Below are positions 1 to 10,707 of a DNA stretch of 64,000 nucleotides, piece by piece. The notes under the pieces are model-generated. The model ran no database searches. It saw nothing but the letters and a program-made list of their open reading frames with translations, and was not told the origin of the DNA. Each line of letters opens with the position of its first letter. Position 1 is the stretch's first letter. This stretch comes from a virus. The DNA is taken from IMG/VR virus record IMGVR_UViG_3300042970_000016, one strand, 5' to 3'. A program made the position numbers and the translations under genes.

Positions 1-618
1 GACATAGATCTTTCCATCCCGACCTGCATACACATTTGCGGCAATCGATGCGGCAACCCAGGAAACGAAATCCCGCCATGTCTCAATGTCCGTCTCACTG
101 TAAAGGGAAAGCTCATCCGATCCGTTTGCCATTGCTGCAAACTCTTCACTGGTGGTGCCGAGGGTAAGCCCACAGGCAGTACAGGCCGTCAGCATCAGGT
201 TGTAAGCTGTTCCATTGATGGATGTGACGGAGCAGTTCTTATCCAGCTTTGCCATGTGATCGTAGGCCTTGATCACCACACCGGATGCCGTATGCTTCGC
301 GGAATCAATCGTAAATATGCCAAGCGGCACGTCCTCAAAGTTACCGTTTTCAAGCCGCATTCCGAAAACCGGCGCAATCTCCTGATCCTTCCAGCTGTAG
401 CGGGCAATACTCATGTTCATGAGCGTCACATCCAGTTCTCCGATATAGACCTGCCCGATCTGGACGGAAGAGTCATCCGAGCACTGGTTTGTGATGGAGA
501 AAGAGCCGGAGAGGATGTTGTCGTCTGTAAATGACACTCTCCCGACTTTTCCCGTCATACGGAATCGCTGGACCGGCTGCTTCATGGCGGTCTTATATGC
601 ATCACTTACGGCGTACAT
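1..618 (-). CDS. Tail/baseplate protein (Tal-like), partial; not in ORF track because it runs off the window
   Basis: ATG at 618 with AGGAGG RBS; open frame MYAVSDAYKTAMKQPVQRF... to position 1; position after TMP and small tail gene. Confidence 0.7.
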   Translation of the reverse strand, partial: MYAVSDAYKTAMKQPVQRFRMTGKVGRVSFTDDNILSGSFSITNQCSDDSSVQIGQVYIGELDVTLMNMSIARYSWKDQEIAPVFGMRLENGNFEDVPLGIFTIDSAKHTASGVVIKAYDHMAKLDKNCSVTSINGTAYNLMLTACTACGLTLGTTSEEFAAMANGSDELSLYSETDIETWRDFVSWVAASIAANVYAGRDGKIYV

Positions 619-633
619 GAAGCGCCTCCTTTC

Positions 634-1005
634 TCAGAACTCTTCCAGATCAAAGCTCACCGTGTAGAGCCCGTTCGTTCCCTTCGTCTTTTCCGAGTTC
701 TTCTCCGGGCCGGTCTTGAAGTTCCGGATCCGCATCGTACGGGTCTTATAATCCTGTGTCTTCAGGTCATAGAGCTTCACGGCAATACTGTCCCTGTCCC
801 GAAACGCGGCAAAGGTCGCTGCCCAGCGGCTAGAACACTGAAAAGAAGCAGAGACGGACAGCTTGTCATATCTTGTGACAATCACCTGATCCGTTCCTGC
901 TTCTGTCTGGTTGGTACTCTCGACGACGGAATAGCTCTCTTCCCAGCTTTCCGGTGTGAAGAGCTTTGTCTCGTCAAAGTAGATTGGATAATCGCTTAAC
1001 ATCAT
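634..1005 (-). CDS. Small distal tail protein (123 aa)
   Basis: Overlaps TMP stop; position in tail operon. Confidence 0.6.
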   Translation of the reverse strand: MMLSDYPIYFDETKLFTPESWEESYSVVESTNQTEAGTDQVIVTRYDKLSVSASFQCSSRWAATFAAFRDRDSIAVKLYDLKTQDYKTRTMRIRNFKTGPEKNSEKTKGTNGLYTVSFDLEEF

Positions 1006-3653
1006 CGCCCTCCTGACCGGTAGTTGCTCCGCTGGGTGGCGCGGACAACGATCTCATCAATTCGTTCCTGTCCGATGTAGACCGGGATAATGATGTCGCC
1101 ACCGCTGACTCCTGCGAGTGCACCCTGTACAATCTCCGCCAGCTTGTCCGTGCCGACCACAGCTTCCTGACCTGCCTCGCCACCGCCAAGGAGTCTCCCT
1201 CCCGCAGCACCAAAGATCGTCGGGCTGTTCAGGATGTAGGCATCATCCATGGCCTTTCGGTACCAGTCCACGGACAGGTGCGGAACCGATGGCGGGTCGA
1301 TGGATAGCTTGCCGCTGATGGAGAAGTGCGGGAGTTTGATCTTCGGAAGTTCCAGATGACATCCGGAGAAGAAAGAGGAAATCTTGTCGAGGCCTCCGCT
1401 CACGATGCTCTTGGCGTTATCAATCATCGAGGAGAACGCTCCCTTAATCTCGCCGAGCTTCCCCTGTGCAGAAGACAGGGCATCGCCGAGCTTCCCACCT
1501 GTAAGTTCATTGATCTTTGAGAATCCAGTCTCCCAGATTGACTTATAGGCATCGACCGCAGTTCCAATCACGCCCTTGATGCCGCCGCCGTGCTCATCCA
1601 CCGATGCCTGAATCGCGTCCCACGCGGTGCCGGTGTTGGTCCTGACCGTGTCCCATGCCGTACTGATGGTAGTCTTTACGGTATCAAAAGCAGTGCCAGC
1701 GGTTGTCTTGATGCCATCCCATGCACCGGAGAGCGTTGTGGTAATGCCGCTCCATGCGGTCGATGCGGTAGAGCTTATTGTGGTCCAGGTATTCCCAAGG
1801 AAATCAGAAATGCCGGTGAAGACCGTCGTTGCCGTCGTGCTGATTCCGCTCCACAGTCCGGAGAAGAAGCTGCTGATACCGTTCCAGACAGTCTCTGTCA
1901 CAGACTGAATGCCGCTCCATAGTCCGGAAAAGAAGTCCCCGAGTCCTGCACCGATACTTTGTACACCAGAGCAGACCGTAGACCATACACCACCGAACCA
2001 CTCAGAGATTTCTCCCCAGTGCTTTACGATCTCGATGACCGCAATCACAGCAGCCACCACAGCCGCGATGATCCCGATGATCGGAAGGATTGGAACGGAT
2101 ACAGCCGCGATGGCAGGTCCTACCGTTCCGGACAGGAACCCGACAAACGTGCCGAGGGTCGAGGTGATACCGCCAACTGCCGTGACCACCTTGCCGACAC
2201 CGACGACAACCGGCCCTACGGCAGCTGCAATGAGAGCTGCTTTAACGATAGCTTCCTGTATGCCGGGAGACAGCCCGTCCCACGCATCTTTCAGCGCCGT
2301 CACCACATCCTTGATCTGCGTCATGGCCTCGGTGATCATCGGTGCAGACGCATCCACGATTTCAGCTCCGAGGTCCTTCAGGTTGTTCATCACAACCGTC
2401 ATCTGGTCGAGCGGATCCAGTGTTTCATTGAAGGTGTTCTCCACCGACCCCGCGTAATCCCCGAGCGTGGTAGAGAGGTCGCTGAGCGAGAGCTTCCCGC
2501 TCTGTACCGCGTTGTAGATTGCGCCACCGGCACGGGAGCCGAACAGGTCATAAGCCGCCTGCAGCTTCTCGGTATCCGAGGCATTGCTGCCCATCGTCTT
2601 CGAGAAGTCCTTGAGCGCGTCACTGAGGGACTGGCCGTTCTTTGTGGCGACCTTCTGCGCCTTGGTAAGACCAGTGAGCATGGTCGAGGTATCAAGGCCT
2701 GACATCTCGACAGCTCCCATAAAGCCAGCCGCCTGCTCTGCAGTAAGCCCCATCGACTGGAACTGTGCCGCGTTCTTGGCAAGATCCTGCGAGAGTGTAT
2801 CCATCGAAACACCGGTTGCCTGCCCAACCTGATTCAGGGCATCGAGGAGGTTCCCGGCATCATCCGACGACTGACCGAATGCATTGAGGACTGAAGACAC
2901 GTTATCAACCGACGTAGATACATCGGTGCTGTTTATAGTGGCAAACTCCACGAACTTCGTGGAGAGGTCCTCCAGTGCATCCCCGGTAAGACCGAATCTC
3001 GTGTTCACTTCGCCGATGGCATCGCCTGCAGTCTGGAAATCCGTCGGAATGGTCTCCGCAATGGACTTGGCACGCTTCTGCATGTCTTCGAGCGCGGCAC
3101 CGCTTGCACCGGTTTTCTCGGTGACGGTATCGAGAGCCTCATCGACTTCCTTCCACGCAGCGACCGAAGCGGCACCAACCGCAGCGACTGGAACCGTGAT
3201 GCCCTTGGTAAGGCCTTCGCCGACATCGCTGATCTTGCCGCCGACCTCTTTCATCTTGTCACCGGCGACCTGAAGCTGCTGGCTGGCAACGGAGCCGAAC
3301 TTCTTATATTCGTCCTCGAGTCCTTCCAGCGACTGCTCTGTCGCCTCGATCTCCCGGGTCAGTGCTTCCTGCTGTTTCTGCGTCTCCTCGGTCTGAGGGC
3401 CGGCCTTCAGTTGTGCGAGGGCTTCCTTCTCCTCGGCGAGTTTCTTCTTGGTCGCGTCGATCGCGTCGGTGAGGTACTTCTGCTTCTGTGCCAGAAGATC
3501 CGCATTGCCCGGATCCATCTTCAGGAGTTTATTCACGTCCTTCAGATTACTCTGGGTGTCCCGGATCTCCTTGTTCACACCCTTTAGGGCATTGGAGAGC
3601 TTGGTCGTATCACCATCCAGCTCGATTGTGATTCCTTTGATGCGGTCTGCCAT
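1002..3653 (-). CDS. Tape measure protein (883 aa)
   Basis: MADRIKGITIELDGDT start, coiled-coil N-terminus, central hydrophobic segment, Trp-periodic repeats. Confidence 0.95.
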   Translation of the reverse strand: MADRIKGITIELDGDTTKLSNALKGVNKEIRDTQSNLKDVNKLLKMDPGNADLLAQKQKYLTDAIDATKKKLAEEKEALAQLKAGPQTEETQKQQEALTREIEATEQSLEGLEDEYKKFGSVASQQLQVAGDKMKEVGGKISDVGEGLTKGITVPVAAVGAASVAAWKEVDEALDTVTEKTGASGAALEDMQKRAKSIAETIPTDFQTAGDAIGEVNTRFGLTGDALEDLSTKFVEFATINSTDVSTSVDNVSSVLNAFGQSSDDAGNLLDALNQVGQATGVSMDTLSQDLAKNAAQFQSMGLTAEQAAGFMGAVEMSGLDTSTMLTGLTKAQKVATKNGQSLSDALKDFSKTMGSNASDTEKLQAAYDLFGSRAGGAIYNAVQSGKLSLSDLSTTLGDYAGSVENTFNETLDPLDQMTVVMNNLKDLGAEIVDASAPMITEAMTQIKDVVTALKDAWDGLSPGIQEAIVKAALIAAAVGPVVVGVGKVVTAVGGITSTLGTFVGFLSGTVGPAIAAVSVPILPIIGIIAAVVAAVIAVIEIVKHWGEISEWFGGVWSTVCSGVQSIGAGLGDFFSGLWSGIQSVTETVWNGISSFFSGLWSGISTTATTVFTGISDFLGNTWTTISSTASTAWSGITTTLSGAWDGIKTTAGTAFDTVKTTISTAWDTVRTNTGTAWDAIQASVDEHGGGIKGVIGTAVDAYKSIWETGFSKINELTGGKLGDALSSAQGKLGEIKGAFSSMIDNAKSIVSGGLDKISSFFSGCHLELPKIKLPHFSISGKLSIDPPSVPHLSVDWYRKAMDDAYILNSPTIFGAAGGRLLGGGEAGQEAVVGTDKLAEIVQGALAGVSGGDIIIPVYIGQERIDEIVVRATQRSNYRSGGR

Positions 3654-3743
3654 AGCTCTTCACCTCCCTGAAAAACGGCAAAAAGAAAACACCGACAGAT
3701 CTCTCTGCCGATGTCCTTTTATATTCTTGATCCCAAAATAAAC

Positions 3744-4172
3744 TTATTCGTGTTTCGCTTTAAGTTTACGATTTATCTGTTCCGCTTCTTTTTTATAATG
3801 CAATAAGATAACCTTCCGTATCAGAAATGCAACGGCAATTTCTCCGGCTACCGACAGAATAATCACAGGGGCCCCGCCACCTGACGGAATCCATCCGACT
3901 GAAAAAGCAACAACCAGCATTACCGCACATCCGATTCCCATATGGAAGACAATCTGAATCGGATAGGGAATATTCTCGTTTTCATAGATCAGCGAAGGAA
4001 TACCAAAACCAAGTCCTACAATCAAATCCCCAAAAAACATCTTTGTGTATTGATAGTTTTGAAAATCCAGACTTCCGCCATTTGCAATGTCAATAATCAT
4101 CATCACAATGCTGCTGATAATGACTGCCGCTCCAGTTCCGATAAAGCTACTCTTCAATACCTTTTTGACCAT
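3744..4172 (-). CDS. DUF3021-like membrane protein (LytTR regulatory system inhibitor)
   Basis: Several hydrophobic segments, basic C-terminal tail, directly downstream of a stand-alone LytTR gene. Confidence 0.75.
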   Translation of the reverse strand: MVKKVLKSSFIGTGAAVIISSIVMMIIDIANGGSLDFQNYQYTKMFFGDLIVGLGFGIPSLIYENENIPYPIQIVFHMGIGCAVMLVVAFSVGWIPSGGGAPVIILSVAGEIAVAFLIRKVILLHYKKEAEQINRKLKAKHE

Positions 4173-4185
4173 GGTGCACCTCCGT

Positions 4186-4620
4186 TCACATTCCTATGCT
4201 CTTTTTAAACTCCGATACGTAATGCCTTGAAACATATTCCTTGCCTCCACTTTTAAGATGCAGAAGCAGTATGCCTCCAAAATCTGTTTCCACGCTTTCA
4301 CATTCGGATATTTTCACAATGACTGACTTTGATATCTGCACGAACGTCCTACCAAGTATCTGCTTGACTTCATAAAGACGCTTTCCGCACGCATATCTCT
4401 TGTTTCGTGTGTACAGAAAAGTCCGGTCATTCTCAACCGCGGCTTTTATAATGTCTCCAATACCCAGCACATAACTTTTGTTATCTGAAGTACCGATCAA
4501 CGTATCAGAGTTTTCGCGGGCATAATCTGCAACCCTTTTGACTTCCTCCGTTATTTCGTGCGTATAAATAACCACGTGCGGCTTGGGACAATCCTGTATT
4601 TTTATTTCAACCTCCATCAA
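4186..4620 (-). CDS. Stand-alone LytTR DNA-binding regulator (144 aa)
   Basis: RLYEVKQILGRTFVQISKSVIV and EYVSRHYV LytTR motifs; no receiver domain. Confidence 0.88.
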   Translation of the reverse strand: MMEVEIKIQDCPKPHVVIYTHEITEEVKRVADYARENSDTLIGTSDNKSYVLGIGDIIKAAVENDRTFLYTRNKRYACGKRLYEVKQILGRTFVQISKSVIVKISECESVETDFGGILLLHLKSGGKEYVSRHYVSEFKKSIGM

Positions 4621-4659
4621 CTGCTCCTTCCGTTAGTTCTGCTTTCCTTGTTGATTACA

Positions 4660-4723
4660 GTCTAATGGATAACCGGATTCCTGTCCCATAAAATACGGTA
4701 AGTGGTATAAAAACACAGGTAAA
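4660..4723 (-). promoter_or_regulatory. Putative LytTR-dependent promoter
   Basis: Minus strand: TTTACCTGT-N12-CTTACCGTA imperfect direct repeats (4723-4694), poor -35, TAGACT -10 at 4665-4660. Confidence 0.5.
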
Positions 4724-4729
4724 ATACAT

Positions 4730-4924
4730 TTACCACTGGTCAAAATCAGCCTGAGTTGCTACTTCACAATAATCATCCTGGCATAAGTCATTACCGGATT
4801 CTATGATGCAGTCCATAATCTGGCCTTCTTCCATCTGGTCGAGTTCCTCAAGAGAGAAACCCAGCTGCTTTGCCCGAAGCAAGAACACGGCAGTATTTAC
4901 TTCACGTTCTGTCGGGCGGCTTCT
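4730..4924 (-). CDS. Tail assembly chaperone gpT-like extension (-1 frameshift product)
   Basis: -1 frame from A AAA AAA heptamer (4930-4924) reads RSRPTEREVNTAVFLLRAKQLG...ATQADFDQW*. Confidence 0.75.
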   Translation of the reverse strand, partial: RSRPTEREVNTAVFLLRAKQLGFSLEELDQMEEGQIMDCIIESGNDLCQDDYCEVATQADFDQW

Positions 4925-5271
4925 TTTTTTGGTTTTGATGTGGTCCTCCGCGATCCAAGGTAGAGCGTGACGAAATCCTGCATGTGCAGGAAGAGTTCTG
5001 CGCCATCAAACTGATCTGCCCAGTCAAGGAAGGCATCCACATTCAGATGGTTCATGTCCCGCTTCTCGGCTTGTGCGTTCATGATGAATGCCAGCTTGTC
5101 ACCGACCGTCATATCGGTCTGATCGTCCTCGCTGTTCTCCATCTTGTTTAAGAGGATCATGAGATCCTGATGGAACACCTGCTTGTAGCGGTATGCTGTG
5201 GTCCCCGTTGCGAGAAACGGGAACTTCTGCTCCGACCCGTCATTGAGCCGGAGCGAAATCTCCTGATACAT
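4897..5271 (-). CDS. Tail assembly chaperone gpG-like
   Basis: Between major tail protein and TMP; slippery sequence near 3' end. Confidence 0.8.
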   Translation of the reverse strand: MYQEISLRLNDGSEQKFPFLATGTTAYRYKQVFHQDLMILLNKMENSEDDQTDMTVGDKLAFIMNAQAEKRDMNHLNVDAFLDWADQFDGAELFLHMQDFVTLYLGSRRTTSKPKKEAARQNVK

Positions 5272-5286
5272 GTCGTTTCCTCCTTA

Positions 5287-6249
<963 letters not shown>

Positions 6250-6253
<4 letters not shown>

Positions 6254-6618
6254 TTCAGCTCCTTCTCAATCTCGTCGGACAGCTTGCCTGTGATATCTTC
6301 TTCGACCGGGGCAATGTGCGGAATGCCCTCGACCCGGCCACCACCACGCTTGGCATGGCCTTTCTCGAGGAGATGAGTCAGTCCATAGATCTTGTTATGG
6401 ACCACCACCTCGACACCGACTGCCGTCTCTTTCTGCACTGTGGACCGCCAGCCCTTGGCGTACTTGCCGGTACGCTTGGGTGACTTCTCCTTCAGCTCCT
6501 TCGCGGCTTCCTTCCCGGCGTCCTTGATTTCCTGCTTCACGACATCGTTCACGTCATCCACGTAGTCGGAGAGTGTTTTTTCAACCGTTGCAGCAAGATC
6601 GTCTGCTTTTATCTTCAT
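6250..6618 (-). CDS. HK97 gp10-like tail completion protein
   Basis: SPKRTGKYAKGW and HLLEKGH motifs. Confidence 0.85.
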
Positions 6619-6947
6619 CGCTTCACCTTCTCACATCGGAATTTCAGACTTCGGTGATGGAATCCCATCGGGTCTATCGCCGTCACGTTGTAGAGATCAT
6701 CGCCGTGTCGGATCCTGAGCTTCGTGGAGTCGAGCCCTTCGAGGCATTCCGCATACCGGACCGTGAAATCAAGTGCCTCCGTACTGTTCGTGGTTCCGGC
6801 TTCCTGTTTCTCTGAGCCGCCGCTTTGAACTGGCGTTGCCCAGCAGGTGAAAAAGTCCGTCCACGCATTGGTGTGGTTTCCGTACTTGTCCTTCACGATT
6901 TCATTTTTCTGAATCGTAATGCGAATGTTCATGCCAGCGATATTCAT
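6615..6947 (-). CDS. Head closure (head-tail adaptor) protein
   Basis: RITIQK...WTDFFTCWA; FTVRY; position. Confidence 0.85.
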   Translation of the reverse strand: MNIAGMNIRITIQKNEIVKDKYGNHTNAWTDFFTCWATPVQSGGSEKQEAGTTNSTEALDFTVRYAECLEGLDSTKLRIRHGDDLYNVTAIDPMGFHHRSLKFRCEKVKR

Positions 6948-7228
6948 CAGAATCCGGGACTCCTTTCTCCAAACAAAATGGCACGGAGGGTAAGAATCAA
7001 TGCGTGATGGTCCGCTTCCTCCCGGTGCTCGTTCAAGTAGGCGAGGGCGTAGAGAACAGCAGCCATGACGAGAGGGCTGTCACTGTCGTCGAGCGAGTCC
7101 TTCCTCAGCACATCAGCTACCAGACTTTCCGCGGCGGAGAGCTCGCTTTGTATGAGATCGTCCTCATCCGTATAGTCGATCCGGAGATATTTTCTGGCGT
7201 CCTCGAGCTTTACCATAAGCACCTCCAT
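6947..7228 (-). CDS. Head-tail connector protein (gp6-like)
   Basis: KKYLRID-type start (RKYLRIDYTDEDDLI), YEHRE-like LNEHRE motif. Confidence 0.85.
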   Translation of the reverse strand: MEVLMVKLEDARKYLRIDYTDEDDLIQSELSAAESLVADVLRKDSLDDSDSPLVMAAVLYALAYLNEHREEADHHALILTLRAILFGERSPGF

Positions 7229-7235
7229 AAGATAA

Positions 7236-7262
7236 AGGACCGGAGCGATTGACCCCGGTCCT
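7236..7262 (-). terminator. Hairpin after major capsid gene
   Basis: GGACCGG...CCGGTCC inverted repeat followed by T-run on the minus strand. Confidence 0.55.
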
Positions 7263-7286
7263 GTTACCAGTTAGTGAAGAAATCCG

Positions 7287-8483
7287 TCAGGCGGATGCTC
7301 CTGCCTTCAGGAGCTGCACAGCCTCCGGCAGGACGAGCTTGCCGTCGACACGCTCCTTGGCAACGTAGCCGATCATGCCATTCCCGGCAAAGAGCTCTCT
7401 CAGCTCCTGAACGGAACGAGTGCCGCGGTCACCGATGTTGTAGTAGGAGAAGTCACCGAATGCGATGGCAGGTTTTCCTGCTTCCAGAGCCGGAGCATAG
7501 GCGGAGGTCAGAACGGAGTATCCCAAGAGACGATCCGGCTCACCGGCAGTGTAGGAAGGCTGCCAGATGTACGCGCCGTTCGCATCCTTGAGCTTCCGAA
7601 GGACCGCGAGAGTGGAGTCGTTCAGAATGAACAGCGCATTCTTCCGGTACGGACGCTTGAGAGAATAGATGAGGGAGATCACATCATCGGCGGCAATCTT
7701 CGTGCCGGAGATGGTAACACCGGTCTGGCCACCGCCAGTCTCAGCGAAGATGCCAGTCGGCTTGCCCTTGCCGTCCCCATTCAGGAAAGCATCCTCCTCG
7801 GCATTGCCGATGGCCTTTCCGAAGGTATCAATGATGTAGTTTTCAAGATTGAAGGCGTTGTCGTAAAGCAGCTCCTCGGTGACCTTGATTGCTACATGCA
7901 GCTTATGGGCATCGAGAATCACCTGATCGAAGGTAGCATCACCGAAAGTGAGCTCCTGACCTTCCTCAATCCACGCCGCCGCAGGCTTGGTGGCTGCGAT
8001 GTTGATCTTATGCTCGCCAGAAGTGGTGATGGTGGTAGCGATGTTACGGAAGATGTTCTCCTCATCCAGCTTGTCGATGAGGCGGGAGTCCCATTCCTCC
8101 GGAACAAGGTAGCCGCCGTTCGCGTCATTGCCTTCTTCCAAAACATCGGAGACCTGATGGAATCCGGTGCGCATCGCTGCAATCATCGCCTTGGCGTATG
8201 CGTGGGATGCACGGCCTTTTCTTTCCGGATCATCCTTCACACCGGCTCCCGGCTTTCCGGTGAGGGGAGAAGCGGTCGGCTTACCCATCTGCTCATCGAT
8301 TGCCGCCTGCCGGTTCAGACGGTCGATCTCCCTGGTATAGTCGGTGATTTCCTTTTCCATACGGTCATAGGTCTCGCCGTCTTCCGCAGAGAGAAGTCCG
8401 TCGGTGTTTCTGTGAGAGTCGAGGAAGGCCTTTGCAGCTTCCCATGCCTTTGCTCTCTTGTTCATAAGTTCCTGTACTGTCAT
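7287..8483 (-). CDS. Major capsid protein, HK97 fold
   Basis: Coiled-coil delta domain, GGYLVPEEW, FGDFSYY, RVDGKLV motifs. Confidence 0.95.
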   Translation of the reverse strand: MTVQELMNKRAKAWEAAKAFLDSHRNTDGLLSAEDGETYDRMEKEITDYTREIDRLNRQAAIDEQMGKPTASPLTGKPGAGVKDDPERKGRASHAYAKAMIAAMRTGFHQVSDVLEEGNDANGGYLVPEEWDSRLIDKLDEENIFRNIATTITTSGEHKINIAATKPAAAWIEEGQELTFGDATFDQVILDAHKLHVAIKVTEELLYDNAFNLENYIIDTFGKAIGNAEEDAFLNGDGKGKPTGIFAETGGGQTGVTISGTKIAADDVISLIYSLKRPYRKNALFILNDSTLAVLRKLKDANGAYIWQPSYTAGEPDRLLGYSVLTSAYAPALEAGKPAIAFGDFSYYNIGDRGTRSVQELRELFAGNGMIGYVAKERVDGKLVLPEAVQLLKAGASA

Positions 8484-8496
8484 GATGTTATCCTCC

Positions 8497-9348
8497 TTAA
8501 ATGAACTGTTTCATGAGATCAAGTCTCTTTTCGAGATCATCGATCCTGTGTAAGTGAGTAGTATCCTGAGCCTTTGGAGCGGCAGGGTGGTTCCTTGCGT
8601 AGTCGCAGAGCTTTTTATTGATCGCTGCCGCAACCTGATAGCGTGAGAAAAGCATGCCGGAAGGCTTCTCCTCATTCTGTTTTGGTTCCTCGTCCGGTTT
8701 TTCATCGCCCTCGGATGTCTCTTCTTCCTCGGGCTCCGGATCGGGTACCGTTTTGGCATTGTAGAGTTCGTCGCGCTCGATCATGCCGTCTGCGAAATGA
8801 AGCTCGACTGCCTTTCCGGCATCCATCCAGGTCTCATCATCCATGAGCTTCGAGAGCTTGTTTCTCGAAAGACCGGTCTTTGCCTGATAGGCGTTGATGA
8901 TGGAATCTTTCACCTCGGAAAGCATGTCGATGGCTTTCTGCATTTCCGCGGAATCGCCCATTGCAACAGTGCTCGGGTTATGGATCATGATCATCGAGAC
9001 GGGAGAGACGAGAACTTCATCGCCTGCCATCGCAATGACGGAGGCCGCCGATGCGGCAAGGCCGTCCACCTTGACCGTGACCTTTCCCTTATAATCACGG
9101 AGCATGTTGTAGATCTGAGCTGCTGCAAAGCAGTCTCCTCCGGGGCTGTTTACCCAGACCGTGATGTCGCCGGTTCCGTTCAGAAGATCGGAACGAAAAA
9201 GAGCCGGGGTGACGTCATCGTCAAACCACGACTCTTCCGCGATTGTTCCGTTTAAGAACAAGGTTCTTGATTCAGTTGTTTCGTTTGGATTTTCCGGTAC
9301 GGGCGTTTTGTTTCTTACCCATTTCCAGAACTTCTTCTGTGGATTCAT
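8497..9348 (-). CDS. clpP: ClpP-like head maturation protease
   Basis: VWVNSPGGD, GLAASAAS, MIHNP motifs; start MNPQKKFW with AGGAGG RBS. Confidence 0.93.
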   Translation of the reverse strand: MNPQKKFWKWVRNKTPVPENPNETTESRTLFLNGTIAEESWFDDDVTPALFRSDLLNGTGDITVWVNSPGGDCFAAAQIYNMLRDYKGKVTVKVDGLAASAASVIAMAGDEVLVSPVSMIMIHNPSTVAMGDSAEMQKAIDMLSEVKDSIINAYQAKTGLSRNKLSKLMDDETWMDAGKAVELHFADGMIERDELYNAKTVPDPEPEEEETSEGDEKPDEEPKQNEEKPSGMLFSRYQVAAAINKKLCDYARNHPAAPKAQDTTHLHRIDDLEKRLDLMKQFI

Positions 9349-10609
9349 CTGAGTCCTCCTTATTTTCTGATTCTGTATTCTTCTCATACGCGGATCCTGC
9401 GTCAGCGAGTTTTACGACATTTCCGTTCAGGACGTGAAGGTTGCCGCCTTCCTCATCAGAAAGCAGGTCCATGTTTTCAAGCTCTCTCACATCATTGATG
9501 GAGTAGATGCCGTTCTGAATGCCGGTGGCGTAGCCGCTCATCCGGCTGCCGTAATCTCCTCGAAGCAGGCCGTCCACGTTGAAGCGGATGAAGTAGTTTT
9601 CCTTTTCCTGCGGAAGCAGGAGAGAGCGCTGCATCGACTGTTCCCAGCGGACGAGCCACGGCTCCAGCGTATAAGTGACAAATTCCAGTGACTGCTCCTC
9701 AATGTTTGAGAAGGTTGCATGCTCCAGATCACCGATGAGGTGGGGTGGAATCCGGAAGATCCTTGCGATCTCATCCAGCTGGAATTTCCGAGTCTCCAGA
9801 AACTGCGCCTGTTCGGGCGAGATGGAGATCGGGGTATAAGTCATGCCCTCCTCTAAGATCGCCACCTTGTTGGCCTTGTGGCTTCCTCCGAAGCCCGCTT
9901 CCCAAGAGGAGCGGATCTTCTCCGGATCCTTTACCGTCCCGGGCATGGAAAGCACGCCGGACGGATTCGCGCCGTTCTTAAAGAAGGACGCGCCGTATTC
10001 TTCGGTTGCCATTGCCATGCCGATGGAGTTCTTCGCCATCGCGATAGGGGAGTAACCGACAAGGCCGTCAAAGCCAAGACCGGGAACATGCAGCACTTCC
10101 TCCGGGGAGAGCCGGACCGTTCCGGTTTTCATCGTGGGAGCATCCGAGGTATTCATCTGGTACTCATAGTAGATGTGGCCGTTCTCATCACGGTCCACAC
10201 GCATCCGGTTTGCCATCAGAGGATACAGCCCTACAACTTCACCGCGTCCGTTCCTTATGATCTGTGCGTAAGCGTTGCCCCATAGGAGCAGATGCGTCAT
10301 CAAAGTTTCCCGGAATATATACGATGTCATTTCCGGATTCGGCTCATCATGCAAAAGCCGGTAAAGCGGATGATTCACAGCTTTCACCTTGCTGCCTTCC
10401 TCGGTGTATTCATAGAGGTGAAGCGGCAGGCTTGCGATGGCCTCCGAGAGAACACGGACGCAGGCATAGACCGCTGAGATCTGCATGGCAGATCGTTCCG
10501 TTACGGTATTGCCGGAAGTCGTGCCGCCGAAGTAGTAGCGGTAGCCGGACCCGTTCGTGGAGTCCTTCGGCTTATCTCTGGATTTGAACAGTTTTGAAAA
10601 GATGCTCAT
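9272..10609 (-). CDS. Portal protein, HK97 family
   Basis: AVYACVRVLSEAIASLPL, LLWGNAYA, IARIFRIPPHLIG motifs. Confidence 0.96.
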   Translation of the reverse strand: MSIFSKLFKSRDKPKDSTNGSGYRYYFGGTTSGNTVTERSAMQISAVYACVRVLSEAIASLPLHLYEYTEEGSKVKAVNHPLYRLLHDEPNPEMTSYIFRETLMTHLLLWGNAYAQIIRNGRGEVVGLYPLMANRMRVDRDENGHIYYEYQMNTSDAPTMKTGTVRLSPEEVLHVPGLGFDGLVGYSPIAMAKNSIGMAMATEEYGASFFKNGANPSGVLSMPGTVKDPEKIRSSWEAGFGGSHKANKVAILEEGMTYTPISISPEQAQFLETRKFQLDEIARIFRIPPHLIGDLEHATFSNIEEQSLEFVTYTLEPWLVRWEQSMQRSLLLPQEKENYFIRFNVDGLLRGDYGSRMSGYATGIQNGIYSINDVRELENMDLLSDEEGGNLHVLNGNVVKLADAGSAYEKNTESENKEDSDESTEEVLEMGKKQNARTGKSKRNN

Positions 10610-10707
10610 TCATACCTCCTGCAAAATGGCATAAGAAAAGCACCTGCCATATTTTTTATCAATGACAGATGCTTGTTTTACTGAAATCTTTCTAGCTGTA
10701 CGAGATC

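Noticed and set aside
1560-2000. Periodic repeats in the tape measure gene as a CRISPR or tandem array
   Set aside because: They are the ordinary Trp-periodic protein repeats of TMPs, not conserved DNA repeats with spacers
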